Positions 13,419 through 26,439 of a DNA stretch of 64,000 nt are shown here, piece after piece. Made by a program: the position numbers and the translations under genes. Under the pieces are notes generated by a model. The model was not told where the DNA came from, did not search any database, and saw only the letters and a program-made list of their open reading frames with translations. The stretch's first letter is position 1. Each line of letters opens with the position of its first letter. Origin of the DNA: the human T2T-CHM13v2.0 reference genome, Homo sapiens; the NCBI RefSeq assembly GCF_009914755.1, contig NC_060944.1; one strand, written 5' to 3'.

Positions 13419-14049
13419 CAAACTTCTTAAAGTACTATTTGTAAAAAAAAACACTTTAGAAATGTTTAAAGTACATATACACATTAAAGTTAAATAATGA
13501 ACTTGCAAGAACCACAAAGTGAGTTAGACTATTTCAGGTTATACAAAAGTGATACACACTGAGGTTGCTTGGTTGGCAGGAAAGTCAGAGAATGAGGAAA
13601 CCATTTCAGCAGCCCCATGAACTGGATCACCCAGGAGGCAACAGCCATTCCATCAGTTCCTCTAGAGACTCAACAACTGTTCTAGTAGCCATCCACTCAA
13701 AGAGCTGATCAATTCCTTTCACAGTTAAGTGAATATTAATTCTCTCCTGGTATGTGGAGCTCTCATGTCAGGCCACCTTAGTGTCTGTTGGTCAAGCAAG
13801 AGGTGTCTGCTTAGGGCCTATTACTCACCAGTCATCTGTGACCCAGCTACTAGGGTCATACAGTGCAAAACACGGTAACCCTTTTTCCCAACTTGCCCTA
13901 ATTAGGTGGCAGAAACTTTCCCTAACACTCCATAATTAAAGACAGCATGGTGTGAGAGAGCAGCAGGCTAGAAGTCAGGAGAATAGGATGAGCATTCTCA
14001 TATTTGCTACTAAGTGGTAGGAGCCAGATGAAGGACTATCTTGGTTTTC

Positions 14050-14460
14050 TAAGTTTCGGATCCACAAAAGCAAATCGGGGACAAGATTGTGGGTGCAAAA
14101 GGTGAACCCACTTTTTATTTGGGAGGTGTTCTCAGGAAGCACAGGTGAGGTGTGAGGAAGTGGGACAGGGAAGGGAGGACAGCCCCTAGGGGATATTAAT
14201 GATCAAGTTACTGCTGAGGGAAACTGAGACTCCGTTCCCCTAAGAGATGTATAGAGTGCATTCAGAAACATCTCCCTGAAGGGTGAGGAAGCTGGGGTAT
14301 TTATCTCCCAAATCCTTGGGGGTCCAGAGCTGGGCATTAATTCCTGGTTACTTCTGGCCCATCCAGGACAAGAGTGCCCTCTGTACTGGCACCATCGGCT
14401 CCAACCTCAGGGATAGTCCACAGGGAGGTGGGTGGGGCACGTTGGCTACAAGGCTTAGCT
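14050..14460 (-). mobile_element. Old ERVL LTR (LTR33/LTR16-like, tentative)
   Basis: tttatttgggaggtg...caggaagcac...ggaagtgggacagggaagggag...gaggaagctggggtatttat. Confidence 0.5.
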
Positions 14461-16206
14461 TGCATGGGCTGTTTTTGTTCTCACTACTCTAGCTCTAGAA
14501 AGATCTAGCCTCTCTAGATGTCAGAGGTGGAGATAGTTGGGAAGGAGTAACAGAAGGAGAAGAGTGAATCCAGCCTTTGAACCTTTACTACAACAATTTA
14601 TAATTTTTTAGAAAGTCCCCAAATTGGATTTAATTAGAATGTCCAGAAATAGAAACGATTGTAAAATAGCATGCGGTAGAGCCACACGATGAGCCACTCT
14701 GCAGCCACCCATATTTTAAAATTATATTCAATGGCATGGAGAAAATTGAAGAAAGAAAAAAACAGAAAAAGTAAGCACATGGGGGAATGGGGGCCCATGA
14801 TTTCGCCTCAGTTCTTTCTCACTCAGGTGAGTTTGTGGATCCTTCTAGGTGTCAGGAATAAATTGATGTTCGGGAGAAGTCATACAGGTCTTTGAAGCTC
14901 AACATAGTATCTCCCACAAAGGACCCAAATGCTTGTCTCACTCTCCAAACAGGTGCCTTTACATTTGGAAAAAAAACCCAAGTTCTGAGCCAACAAGGTA
15001 GGTTATATCTTAGTCCTTGAAATTCTTGGATCTCAGCAGCAACACTCAGCCACACTTTCCAAGTGTCTGGCTAAAAGCAATCTGAGCCCAGCAGTTGCTG
15101 CATTTATGAATCTGGAGAGAAATTCTGTCTCCTGCCTCAACTTCTCCGTAAAATAAAATAACTCAGAAGCAGTGACCCGATGCCAGGCTGTCGGTTCAGA
15201 GCTAAGGCCACAAAAGCCTTTATCATTTTTCCTAAGAAGGTTCTTTCAGTAATACAGTCACCATGACCTTTCATTATCAGATCAAATTAAGCCAAGCTGT
15301 AAATAAAACACTTGTACTCTCCCAGATTTATAGATGAACATTTTAACAGAATTCCAAGCCCTTTACATTCAGAACCATAGATACTTCTCACACCCATGGC
15401 CTGGTAAGATTTTATTTTTTAATGTTATCAAGAGAGCCTGTGGTGTGAGGCTTAGTAAGAGAGAGGGAGGCAAGATGAGAAAGAAATCAGAAGGATGGAG
15501 GTCAAGGATACTGAAATAACCAAGTCACAGACAACTGAAAATAAGAGCAGATTTGCCTTTGTTTACATTGCCAAATGGGAAAAATTAACTTGATTGAAAG
15601 GGTAATTAAGCATTTCTTTTTCCATCATGGTCCAAACCAGCTTCATATTCCAGCTGTTCCGTTTTACATTGTGATGATTCTTTGTCGAGTCGCTGACTTA
15701 AAGACAGCCAGTGTGGCACTGGTGCACACCTTACTGCTTCTCCCACTATCAACCTTTATTTTGTAAGTACACAGTTAAAATCTCAGTGAGAACGGTCCAA
15801 CTCAGGTAGGCGGATGACGAAGGAAGAGTGGGAACATTTACAAAGAAGTGTTGCTGGAACAAAGAGATAATTTGAGCAAATCAGATTAGCTTTGTAAGGT
15901 ATCTTAGAGAGATTATCCAGCTCAACAGCTGTAGTTCCTAGGTGCAGAAACTGAGATTATGTAAAGTGCCTGAATTTCCCTAGAGTTATGAAGCTTGTAG
16001 CTCTAAATTCTGAATCACAACCCTATGACTGCATCTCTCATTTGCTAGTATTTTCAATAACAACTTGCAGAAGAATATCACCTTCAATGTAAGAATGAGC
16101 TATTTCACACCAGTTTATTGTTTGAAATTTGTGTTTTCTAATAGAAATCAAATTAATTGTGCATTATGGTAGTTTTCCCAGCCATGTCTCAAAGACTGTT
16201 AGCACA

Positions 16207-16288
16207 CAGGGTGATGATCCCTAATTTGAAAATCCAAAATCTGAAGCCCTTCTGGGCCCAAGCATTTCAGATAAGGAACATCAACCTG
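16207..16288. mobile_element. Tigger4/MER46-type miniature element
   Basis: Imperfect terminal inverted repeats cagggtgatgatccctaa and ataaggaacatcaacctg; cccaagcatttcagataagg core. Confidence 0.6.
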
Positions 16289-17812
16289 TCCCTGAATTCC
16301 ATATCTCTGGGAATGATTGGCCATCTTTTAATGGAGGTTAATGAGACCGTAATGAAGACAAATGACCAACTATAGCTCATTTGGGTCTCCTGATGCCCTG
16401 AGCAATGTCCTGTCTGTGGGCCCTGTTACCTTTCAGGTAAATATAGTTCAGCCTTATTTATCCAGCTTCACTGGGACCAAGCACAGTTCAGATCATCAGC
16501 ATCAGAATAGTCTGGGAATGTGTTGCAGGATACTTTTTTCCTATATAAAAGAGTAGCCGCTGCAAAGTTTCAGTAAGAACATTATCTGCTGGAGAGACTC
16601 TAGTTTATTTAGATAAGCACCTGGTTCAGATGGAGGAAAAATTACTTTGTCCTAATTGCTCCACATAATAAGCCAGAGATTCTATAGAGCAGGCCAGGAT
16701 AAATGTTTTGCATAGTATAATCAAATCAGTTAACGAGAATCAAAGAAAATCCAGGTGATGGTGTTTCTGTGCAATTTTTGCATCAAGCTCTGGTACTCAT
16801 GTGTAGACATTTACGCATTACAGAGAAAGACTATTTTATGTGTAGGTTTTTGTGTATAGCAGTTTTTTTTTGGTTCAGACCCATTAGAAGTTCTACGCCA
16901 AAATGACCTGCTGTCATCACTCTGAATAATAGTCAGGGGCTTCCTCTCTTACTCGGTGCGTTTTTTAGACCACCTAGCTTGAATAGTTATCTTCAAAGAC
17001 AGTGAATCATGCAGTTAGTTTTATACTTTATATTCACCTCTAATTTTGGTGCAACATGGTTTTTTGCCAGTTGGATTGTCCCTCTCATTTATTTAACACA
17101 TCTCTATATTTGCTGGCTATTTCCTCAAATCAAATCTACCTTAAGAATTCAAGATTTGCCATCACTGATTAATTCATGGAGCAGGAATCAAGCTCAGTAG
17201 CTAATTCCTCAAAACTGGTCTGGAAAATCTTTTGTAAAATGGCAATGTCATCTTTCACCACAGCTTAAATCCATACATGTAATATTCTGTGTAGATACGT
17301 GTAATTGACTGCATTAAAAGTGACCTACTTTTTGGAATTTCTGTTTTATGAAGTTTTTCATTTTATTTTAATCTATTTTAAATATTCCTTTAAACCTTTT
17401 CAACTTTCTGAGTGAGGGCTTTTTCTTTTTTAATTTATGAAAGTGTTTCTTTTTTATTCTTGTTAATCTTAAAAGCACATCTATCTACAGCCCTTTGGCT
17501 TGAATATTTGATTTAATATTTGCATTTGAAAAAATTCTTTAAATATGACATTGACCTTAAAGATTTTGAAAGTCAGAAGCTACATATAAATTTAATTCCA
17601 GTTCTCTGTTATTAAAATAACATTGACTGAATCTCAGAATTAGGTGATAACTGTTTTACATGTTTTTGAACATTACCAAATGATAATTTTTAGAATTAAG
17701 TAAAATGCAAATCCAAGGTGCTGCAAGAGTTGTATATGCAACTACATTTTTCAGGGTAGTTTATAGAACTTACATGGAAATAATAAGTTATTTTAGTGAC
17801 CATATACACTGG

Positions 17813-18172
17813 TGTCTTCGTCCAGGCTCCTACAACAAAATACCATTAACTGGGTGGCTTATAAGCAAAAGCAATTTATTTCTCACAGTTCTGGGGGCTG
17901 GGAAATCAAAGATCAAGGCACCAGCAGATTCGGTATCTGGTGAGAACTCACTTTCTGGTTCCTTCTAACTGTGTCCTCATTTGGTGGAAAGGGTAAGGGG
18001 ACTCTCTGGGACCTTTTTAAATCTTTTTATAAGGGTACTAATCTCATTCATGAAGCCTCCACCTTTATGATCCGATCACCTTCCTAAGGCCCCACCCCCT
18101 AGTGCCATCACCTTAGCAGTTAGACTTTCAGCTTAGGAATTTTAGGGGGACACAAATATTCAGACCATGAAT
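17813..18172 (-). mobile_element. MLT1A-type MaLR solo LTR
   Basis: acaaaataccattaactgggtggcttata...ctcacagttctgggggctggg...ggggacacaaatattcagacca. Confidence 0.8.
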
Positions 18173-18616
18173 ATATGCATTTTCTTTCTCCATCATTATG
18201 AGTAAGGATTTCACGTACATATTCAATGCAGCTTTCATCACCCCCTAAGCAGAAAAGCTGCACTGTCACTTCAAACCTACAACTAAATATAATGTAATGA
18301 GATCCATGATTGAAAACATACAGAATCGAATCTAGGCCTGCTAAAGGTTATGAGACTAGAAATTCAGAGAGCCCTATTAATAAAGTAACTTTCGTGGAAA
18401 CCATCTTCCATAGGTACCTGCTTATTTGTGAATATTGTCATGAGGTTATATAGTACTTTTCCTTCTACTTTATTGATGTGTGTGGAGGTAGAACCATTTC
18501 TGGAGCAAAGTTTCACATACGTGACAGTGAACTTGTGGGTTTGGTGGTGGGTCGTGCTGATATGACATCCTTGTCATCACATAAAGACATGTATATTTGT
18601 GTGCACACATCGAATA

Positions 18617-18790
18617 TACTGCAATGGCATGTTTCTAAGATGCACATTCTTTCATATATTTTATTTCTAAAGTCAGGACATGTCTTAGAATTGATAATGT
18701 GTTATAGTGCATCTGGCAGCATTTTCTTCTAATACTACATAAAATAATAGTGCAAAGAACAACTGATGGTATCTTGGACGCAATGAAATG
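18617..18790. mobile_element. Ancient TcMar MITE (MER104/Kanga-like, tentative)
   Basis: ttctaagatgcacatt...gtcttagaattgat...ggtatcttggacgcaatgaaat. Confidence 0.4.
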
Positions 18791-19967
18791 CATTATGTAG
18801 AAACATATCAGAAGGTGCATTAATAATGTTAAAGCAACTCCCCAAGAATATTGAAATTACAAAGATAACTTATTTGCTAAAGACACAGATTTTGGTGATA
18901 AAACAGATACAGTCTGGTGAGTAATTTTTCAAATGCTTTTCGCCCATCTTATGTGACTCATTAGATCATAAACTTGTAAACTCGATGTAAATCACCATTG
19001 AGGAGACGTTTCTTATGTAATATTTGGGCAGAATCATAATGTTTATGTAACATTATGATTAACAACAGTGAATTATTATTCAGTGTAAATGAATAAATTT
19101 TAACTAAACATAAAATCTTGGATAATTCTATAACATTAATGTTGAGAGAAATTAATGTGGTACAAGACTAAATATCAAATAATATAATTTTTAATAAATA
19201 ACTAAATCTAAAACACTTTCAAATTTAAAATTTAGCCTGATCTATATACCTTTTTAAATCATTGTATATTTTTAGTGTTAATGTGAGAAAAATATTCAAA
19301 ATTTTTTTTTCAATTGACATCTTAGCTCCAAAATTAAAAGAGCATATTTTAATGGGAGCTGGTTTAAAACAATTTGACATAAGTTAGATAACAGTTTGGC
19401 AAATGTGTCTGTGCTCAGTTTTGCTTCCAAATTTGGACTTTTAGACTTATTGTCAGCCTCAGAAAGAAATAAGAAGCTGTGCAGATAATTAAACATTTGC
19501 CTTGGGGGAATTATTTGTAGTTAATTAAAACCACACACTTCGGGTATATATTGATACTTGCTTCACTGGTTATTAAATTTGAATCATATGTTAACTACCC
19601 AGGTTTCTCACTTGTCCATCAAATGTTGCTTGTGGCAGGTTCAAGAAACAAACTTTCTCATAATATTCCAAGCCATATTGTTTAAAGCTATCTCCTAATT
19701 TTGAGAGGAAATGAATGGAGAGAAACAGAGGGAGAAATGAAAAGGAAACAAACAAAGAATAGTTTATTTTAGACTCCATCTGATTCAGCTCTGTTGGGGA
19801 GTTAAAACTCAACCAAGTGACACAAATTCAGTAGAGAACACATTTGTAAGTAATCAAGGTGTTGCTGTACCACCCCCAGCTTTCTCCATGGTCACACGCT
19901 TACAAGATTAGCTTATGACTTTTAGATATCTTTGGATTGCTTTCCTTTCAGCAGCATGAAAAATATC

Positions 19968-20390
19968 TACTAGACTATAAGCTCCATGAGGGCAGAGATT
20001 TGGTGTTTTGTTTCCTGTTGGCTCCCCAACATCAAGTACAGTGTCTGGGCAGGTGTGATGGCTCACACCTATAATCCCAGCACTTTGGGGGTATGAGGCA
20101 GGAGGATCCTTTGAGGCCAGGAGTTCAAGACCAGTTTGGGCATAATTACAAAATCCTGCCTATACAAAAAATTAGAAAACTAAGTGGGCATGGTGGCCTG
20201 TGCCTATGGTCCTAGCTACTACAGAGGCCAGAACAGGAGGATCGCTTGAGCCCAGGAGTTTGAGGTTGCAGCGAGCTACGGTTGCAGCACTGCATCCAGC
20301 CTGGGTAACAGAGCGAGAATCTGTCTAAAAAAGTGTCTGGCATATACTTGGCCATTATTAAATGTTTGGAAAATGAATGAGACCTACTTG
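19968..20390 (+). mobile_element. L2 3' end, interrupted by an AluJ
   Basis: ctagactataagctccatgagggcagag...cagtgtct|ggcatata...aaatgtttggaaaatgaatga. Confidence 0.72.
20047..20331 (+). mobile_element. AluJ
   Basis: Diverged dimer with ggaggatcgcttgagcccaggagtttgagg J diagnostics; TSD agtgtct. Confidence 0.88.
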
Positions 20391-21139
20391 CTGTCTTCCT
20401 GTTGATCCATTCACAGGATCATTCCAGTACTTTTTAAAGAGCCTCCAGGGAGGCCTAAACATTTAGCAAGGAGCCCTTTGTAGTTTTGCAATAGCCCATA
20501 GTCACAGAATCCTTTTAGCCATGTTAAACATGGATATGTTTAACCATATCCTATAACAAAAAAAGATAAGTGTACAACGATTCCATGTTTAAATGTGCTA
20601 AGCGAGGGAGGGAATGACCTTGCAGAGACCAGAAGGTCTGCATTCCCTCTATGCTATTGTTCTACTGTTATGGTTCCCGAGGAAGATGAACTTAATTACC
20701 ACTGGATTTCAAGGTTCTGTATCTGACTTTTTCAAGGACTCAAGACTCCCATATGTGAGCAACCACAGTAATGGAAGCATTAAGAACATTAAAATTAGAT
20801 AGTCCTTTAATCTTCTTCATTTTGCCTTCCTTTTATGTCCTTTCCCATAGTTCTAAGACTTTCCCTGATGCAAAAAGCCTGCTTTTATTTTCTTATTTGT
20901 TGCAAAAAGACATCCCAGCTAGCTACATCTCTACCTTTGTAAGCTTTGAGCAGATATCTCACATAGTATGGGGGGAAAAAAAGCGCCTATTTATTGGCAA
21001 ACATATGTATTTGAGTGGTTATTTTTAAAACGAATAAATTCTATTTTTCCTCAAACATAAATCTATCATGTTAGTGCTGAAAGCTGCTCTGTTTCCAAGT
21101 TAAAAATGCTGACCAAAGGTTTTGCTTGTTTGTTGTTAG

Positions 21140-21217
21140 ATTTTGCAAAGGATGAAAATATTACAAAAGGCGGTGAAGTGACAGATCATTCTGTGCGTGA
21201 CCAAGATCATCCCGATG
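21140..21217 (+). CDS. MACROD2: MACROD2 internal coding exon, 78 nt, phase 1-1: (D)FAKDENITKGGEVTDHSVRDQDHPD(G)
   Basis: T-rich tract plus AG at 21138-39 and GTAGG donor at 21218; open frame; peptide matches the remembered MACROD2 C-terminal tail and joins in frame to the 40302 exon. Confidence 0.93.
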
Positions 21218-22383
21218 GTAGGTTGTGAAATCCTTTATTAGATTTTCTTTTCTTCTGCTGGGAAACAGAAAAAAAAAAAAAAAAAAAACCCACAGACTTG
21301 AATTTTTCTGGAAAAATATTGAATTCCAATAACACTTTATTAGCACTGAATACCAGTTGATCAGTAGCTGCCATCTTTAGATGACACTTTTGCTTTCCAG
21401 AATCCTCATCACTCATTACTTTTGTGCCAGGCTGGCTTCATTTATTTTGTTTATTGTTACTTGTCTGAATTCTATAAGCACTGGGTTTGCAAACACTGAG
21501 ATGAATGTGTTATAACAATGAGAATAAATATTTTCATTGAAAAACATGGAGAATAAATGCAGGGGATTAAATCCACATAGTCTTGGGATATCAAGAAGGG
21601 AGTACATAACAAACAGAAATGAAACAATCTTTAGAAAAATAACAGAAAATAATTTCCTAATGTAAACCAGTTCTTCCACCCAAAACATGACAGTACACAT
21701 TATATTTATAGGCAAAGGAAAAACTCAGAACAGACATCTGCATAGCTTCATGGAATTTCTGAAGATAAATGATAAAGAAAGGCTTTTCAAGTGTAGTCAA
21801 AATCAGGTAGTGATTAAAACCACCAGAGTCAGATTAGCCTTAACCTTCTTCTTCCACAACCCTAAAAGCTAGAAGAAAATGGAGTCACAGTTTCCAGAGC
21901 TCAAAAGGGCACAGTTTCCATAGTTAATGAAGTTATTATTTATACATGAAATCAGAGCAATATTTTCTCAGGAATACAAAGATTAAGAAAACATGCCACC
22001 CAGGTACCCTTTCTGAATAAACTAACAGAAGGCCTGAGCAAAAACAATAATATAGAAAGGAAGGCAAAACTCAAGACTGAGGAAGGCACATTCGAAAGGG
22101 ACTATATGGTAAGAGACTAATTAAATGTACGAAAATGTTGAAATAATTGTTCTATCAAATAATTTTGAAATAACCCTTCATAATTAGGATGAAAATGTCT
22201 TACCTAAATATATGTCTTTAACTTTGAAATTTATAGTATGTGTTGTTTGAAAATGAGAAAAAAGACAGACTAGCTTTCAATAATGAAAGTCTAAATAATT
22301 TAGATCATTTCTACTACCGAAGACAACTAGACAAAAAATACATATATTTATATATTATAAACATATAATATTATATATTATGC

Positions 22384-22384
<1 letters not shown>

Positions 22385-22440
<56 letters not shown>

Positions 22441-22460
22441 TATGGAGAGAGAGAGAGAGA
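22385..22460. repeat. (TA)~22 microsatellite followed by short CA and GA runs
   Basis: Read directly from the sequence. Confidence 0.95.
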
Positions 22461-24670
22461 CTGTTTAAAGGCATCAGTGAGCTAATAAGATACTGAAGAA
22501 CTGTAAAGCTGAGCTCTGGGAGGCAATGAATCTCCAGATATGTGAGCCCAGAATTTGAAGCTCTTTTTACCTTAGGGCATTTGCTGATTCTACAGAAGGT
22601 GTCTGGAGCTCCATTGCTGAAAAAGGCAATGACCCCGATAAACTCTCTGTTTTGGGGTTGAAACCCCAAAGATACGTAACCTAGCAGGAAGAATGAACGA
22701 GCAGTAGATTGGCGGTGGACTGCTTCCCAGCTTCAAATCATCTCAATCCTCACATTAGGTTAAGACCAGTCCAGATTGCTAGTCCCCTCAGGCATCTAAG
22801 AAAAGCAAATGTAAAATATTTACTAGGAGTGAAAAAGAGTGTTACAGGCTTCAAATCATTTATATAAATAATTTGCAAAATATAATGTCCAGCACACACA
22901 TAAAAAATACCCCAAAAAATGAGGGAAAAAAGGTAACATGAAAAACAAAACAATAAGGCAAGAGAAGTTCATATGAGCTGAAAATATTAGTTATGAACAC
23001 AAAGTATTAGATAAATATGTTGAGTATGTATAAGGAGATAAAGATAAGATTGGAAATTTTAGCCGAGAACTAGAAGTTCAAAACCAATTTTACAATGAAA
23101 GAGTCTAGAAGTAAATGATGCTATAACTGAAATTAAGAATTCAATGAATGAATTTATGACTGAACATCATATTAGACACAGCCGAAAGAAGATTTGTGAA
23201 CTAGAAGTTAGGTCAGAATATATCCAAAATTACAGATAGTAGGGGAAGAAAGGAAGGCACACACTGAAGAAAGAGGAAAAGATATTAAGGATCTTATGAT
23301 AAAGTCTATCACAAGTACAGTTGGAGTCCCAGAAAGGAAGGAGAGAGACAATTGGGCAGAAGCAATAGTTGAAGAAATGTGGTGAGAAATTTCCCACACT
23401 GATGAAGGACATCATGTTCCAAAAGCCCTTTGAACTCTAAGCAGAATAAATATAAATAAATAAATAAATCCACAACCAGGCCCATCATAGTAAATAAATA
23501 AATAATAGAAATAAATATAAATATTATAAATAATATAAATAAATCCACAACATGACCCATCATAGTAAAATTCCTGAAAACCAAAGATAAACAAAACATC
23601 TAAAAAGCTATCTTCAAGCACTTGGACTGAGAGCTGACTTTTCAATATGTATAATGAAAATAAGAAGATAATACAACAAAATAGCTGTGAACCAAGAATT
23701 CTAAACCCAGGGGGAAAAGTATGTTTCAAGAATTCAAGGTTAATTAAGGACATTTTGGACCAAAAAGAAAGGCACAGTTCATCACCAGAGAATTCTGGTG
23801 TTCTGCAAGTAGAAAGCTATTAATCCCAGATAGAAGGCCAAAGATAAAGGAAGGAATTAAGGGCAAGGTAAATGGTAGTTACTGGATAAGTCTAGATAAA
23901 TATTGATGGTATAAATCAATACTGACAATGATGTCTTGTGGAGTTAAGATATGCATAACATTAAAATATACCACAATAATGGCATTTATTGGAATGAGGT
24001 AAATTAATTTTAAGTGTTCTAATGTTTTTCCATTAAGATGAAGAGTAAAAGTACCAATTAGTGTTGAAACTTTGTAAGTCTCAGTGGCCCCTGAGAGTCA
24101 GGAAATGAGGTGAGCCCTGTGATTGCCCAGCTGGCTGCCTGGAGAGTTTCCAGGCTGTGGTACAGAGAGGAGGAACCCAGGGAGAGCCCAGCAAACTCTC
24201 CACGTTGAGGAGACAGAGGTGAGAGTCCTGGGAGGCCAAGGTAGCTAACGTTTGCAAGGTAGCATTCTACAGAGAAGAGAGCTCCACAAACGGAATGCTC
24301 AGAGGTCTACAGAAGGAACTCCTCAGTCTTCAACTGGGTAGGAACACTAGAAAAGATCTGAGAGAGTGATAACTGGAGCTTACATAGGGCTAGAAGAAGT
24401 GCCTGTTCCCACCAGCAAGACTGGAAAGCCTCAACATTCATAAAGAACTCTGAAGGTTTTTGCCTTAGTAGCAGAGCAAAACAGGCAATAGACTAAATGC
24501 TCCTCATGTCCTCCCCAGTAGAGCTTAAAAGTGAGACTTGAAAGGATCAGAATATTTCTGAGTAACTTAACTGCATTTTAGAATGAAGCTCAAAAATATT
24601 TATAAAAATTATAAATATATCTCATACCCAACAAAGTAAAATCAACAAAATTACCAGGCATGCAAAGAAT

Positions 24671-25437
24671 TATTGCAAGACAACTCTCCATGCATCTTTC
24701 ATATTTCTGCATGTTTTGTGAGCAGAGGCACTGCTTGTATCTTTGAAAAGGATCATGTTTCTCTTCAAATTAAAGAGCATACATACTTATTGTGCATTTT
24801 AAAAGGTTCAGAGAATCTTGAGATTCTCTGATATGGTTTGGCTGTGTCCCCACCCAAATCTCATCTTGAATTGTAGCTCCCATAATCCCCATGTGTTGTG
24901 GGAGGGACCCTGTAGGAGGTAATTGAATCACAGGGGTGGGCGTTCCCATGCTGTTCTCATGATAGTGAAGAAGTCTCATGAGATCTGATCGTTTTATAAA
25001 GGGGAGTTTCCCTGCACACACTCTCTTGCCTGCCACCATGTAAGACATGCGGTTGCACCTCCCTTGCCTTCTGCTGTGATTATGAGGCCTCCCTAGCCAT
25101 GTGGAACTGTGAGTCCATTAAACCTCTTTTTCTTTATAAATTACCTAGTCTTGGGTATTTCTTCATAGCAGCATGAAAATAGACTAATACATTCTCTAAG
25201 TTCAAGATTCCTCCTCTATGATATCACCCACTGAGTGTGCAGGAATCAGCTGGTCCACCTATGGCACCATGTGGGAATCAGGACTCAGAGAACAGACACT
25301 AATACTCTGGTTACTGTGATTTCTCTGAATAATAAACTGTCCTTTATCTTTGACCCAGAAGTCTTTGTCTTCTGTCAGCATCCATGGAACTGTGGCTCAA
25401 GCAGGGTAAAATCTCAGAGTCTTCATAGTTCTTGACA
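24671..25437 (+). mobile_element. LTR40-like ERVL solo LTR, split by THE1
   Basis: agacaactctccatg...tttctgcatgttttgtgagcagaggcactg start; aataaactgtcctttatctttgacccag...gttcttgaca end; L1 sequence resumes on both sides. Confidence 0.68.
24829..25191 (+). mobile_element. THE1C/D MaLR solo LTR
   Basis: TGATATGGTTTGGCTGTGTCCCCACCCAAATCTC...AGACTAATACA; perfect TTCTC TSD. Confidence 0.9.
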
Positions 25438-26031
25438 GGAAGCAGGAAAGTATGATGCACAGGAAAAGAAAAGTTGATAAATGGAACTCAACCCATAAAT
25501 GATGCAGATGATAGAATTAATATGAAAGGGCATGTTAAAAGTTGTTATAACTCTGTTCCACATATTTACAAAATTAAAATTAGGACTGACCATGTTAATT
25601 CGAGACAAAGAAGTTATAGAAAGACCCAAATTGAATTTCAAGGAATTCAAAACACAGTGCCTGAATTAAAAATTATACTTGATGAGAACAGTGGCAGATT
25701 AGATACTATAGAAGAAAAGATTAATGAACTTGAAGATGAAGCAATAGAAGCTATCCAAATGAAAACAGAATAAGTGACTGAGGGGAAAAAAAAAGAGCAT
25801 CCATGAGCTATGAGACATCTTGAAGGGTGGTTCTAATTACAATATAAATGAATGTGAATCTCTGAGGGTGAATGTGGGAGAAAGGGACAGAAAAAATATT
25901 TGAAGTAAAAGTGATTAAAATGTTTCAATGTGATGAAATTATCAACCCACATATGCAAGAAGTTCTATGACCCCAAAGCATAAGAAACATAATGAAAATT
26001 ACACCTAAGTACATCATAATCAATTTATTCA

Positions 26032-26419
<388 letters not shown>

Positions 26420-26439
26420 AAAGATAAATAAAAGGTCCC

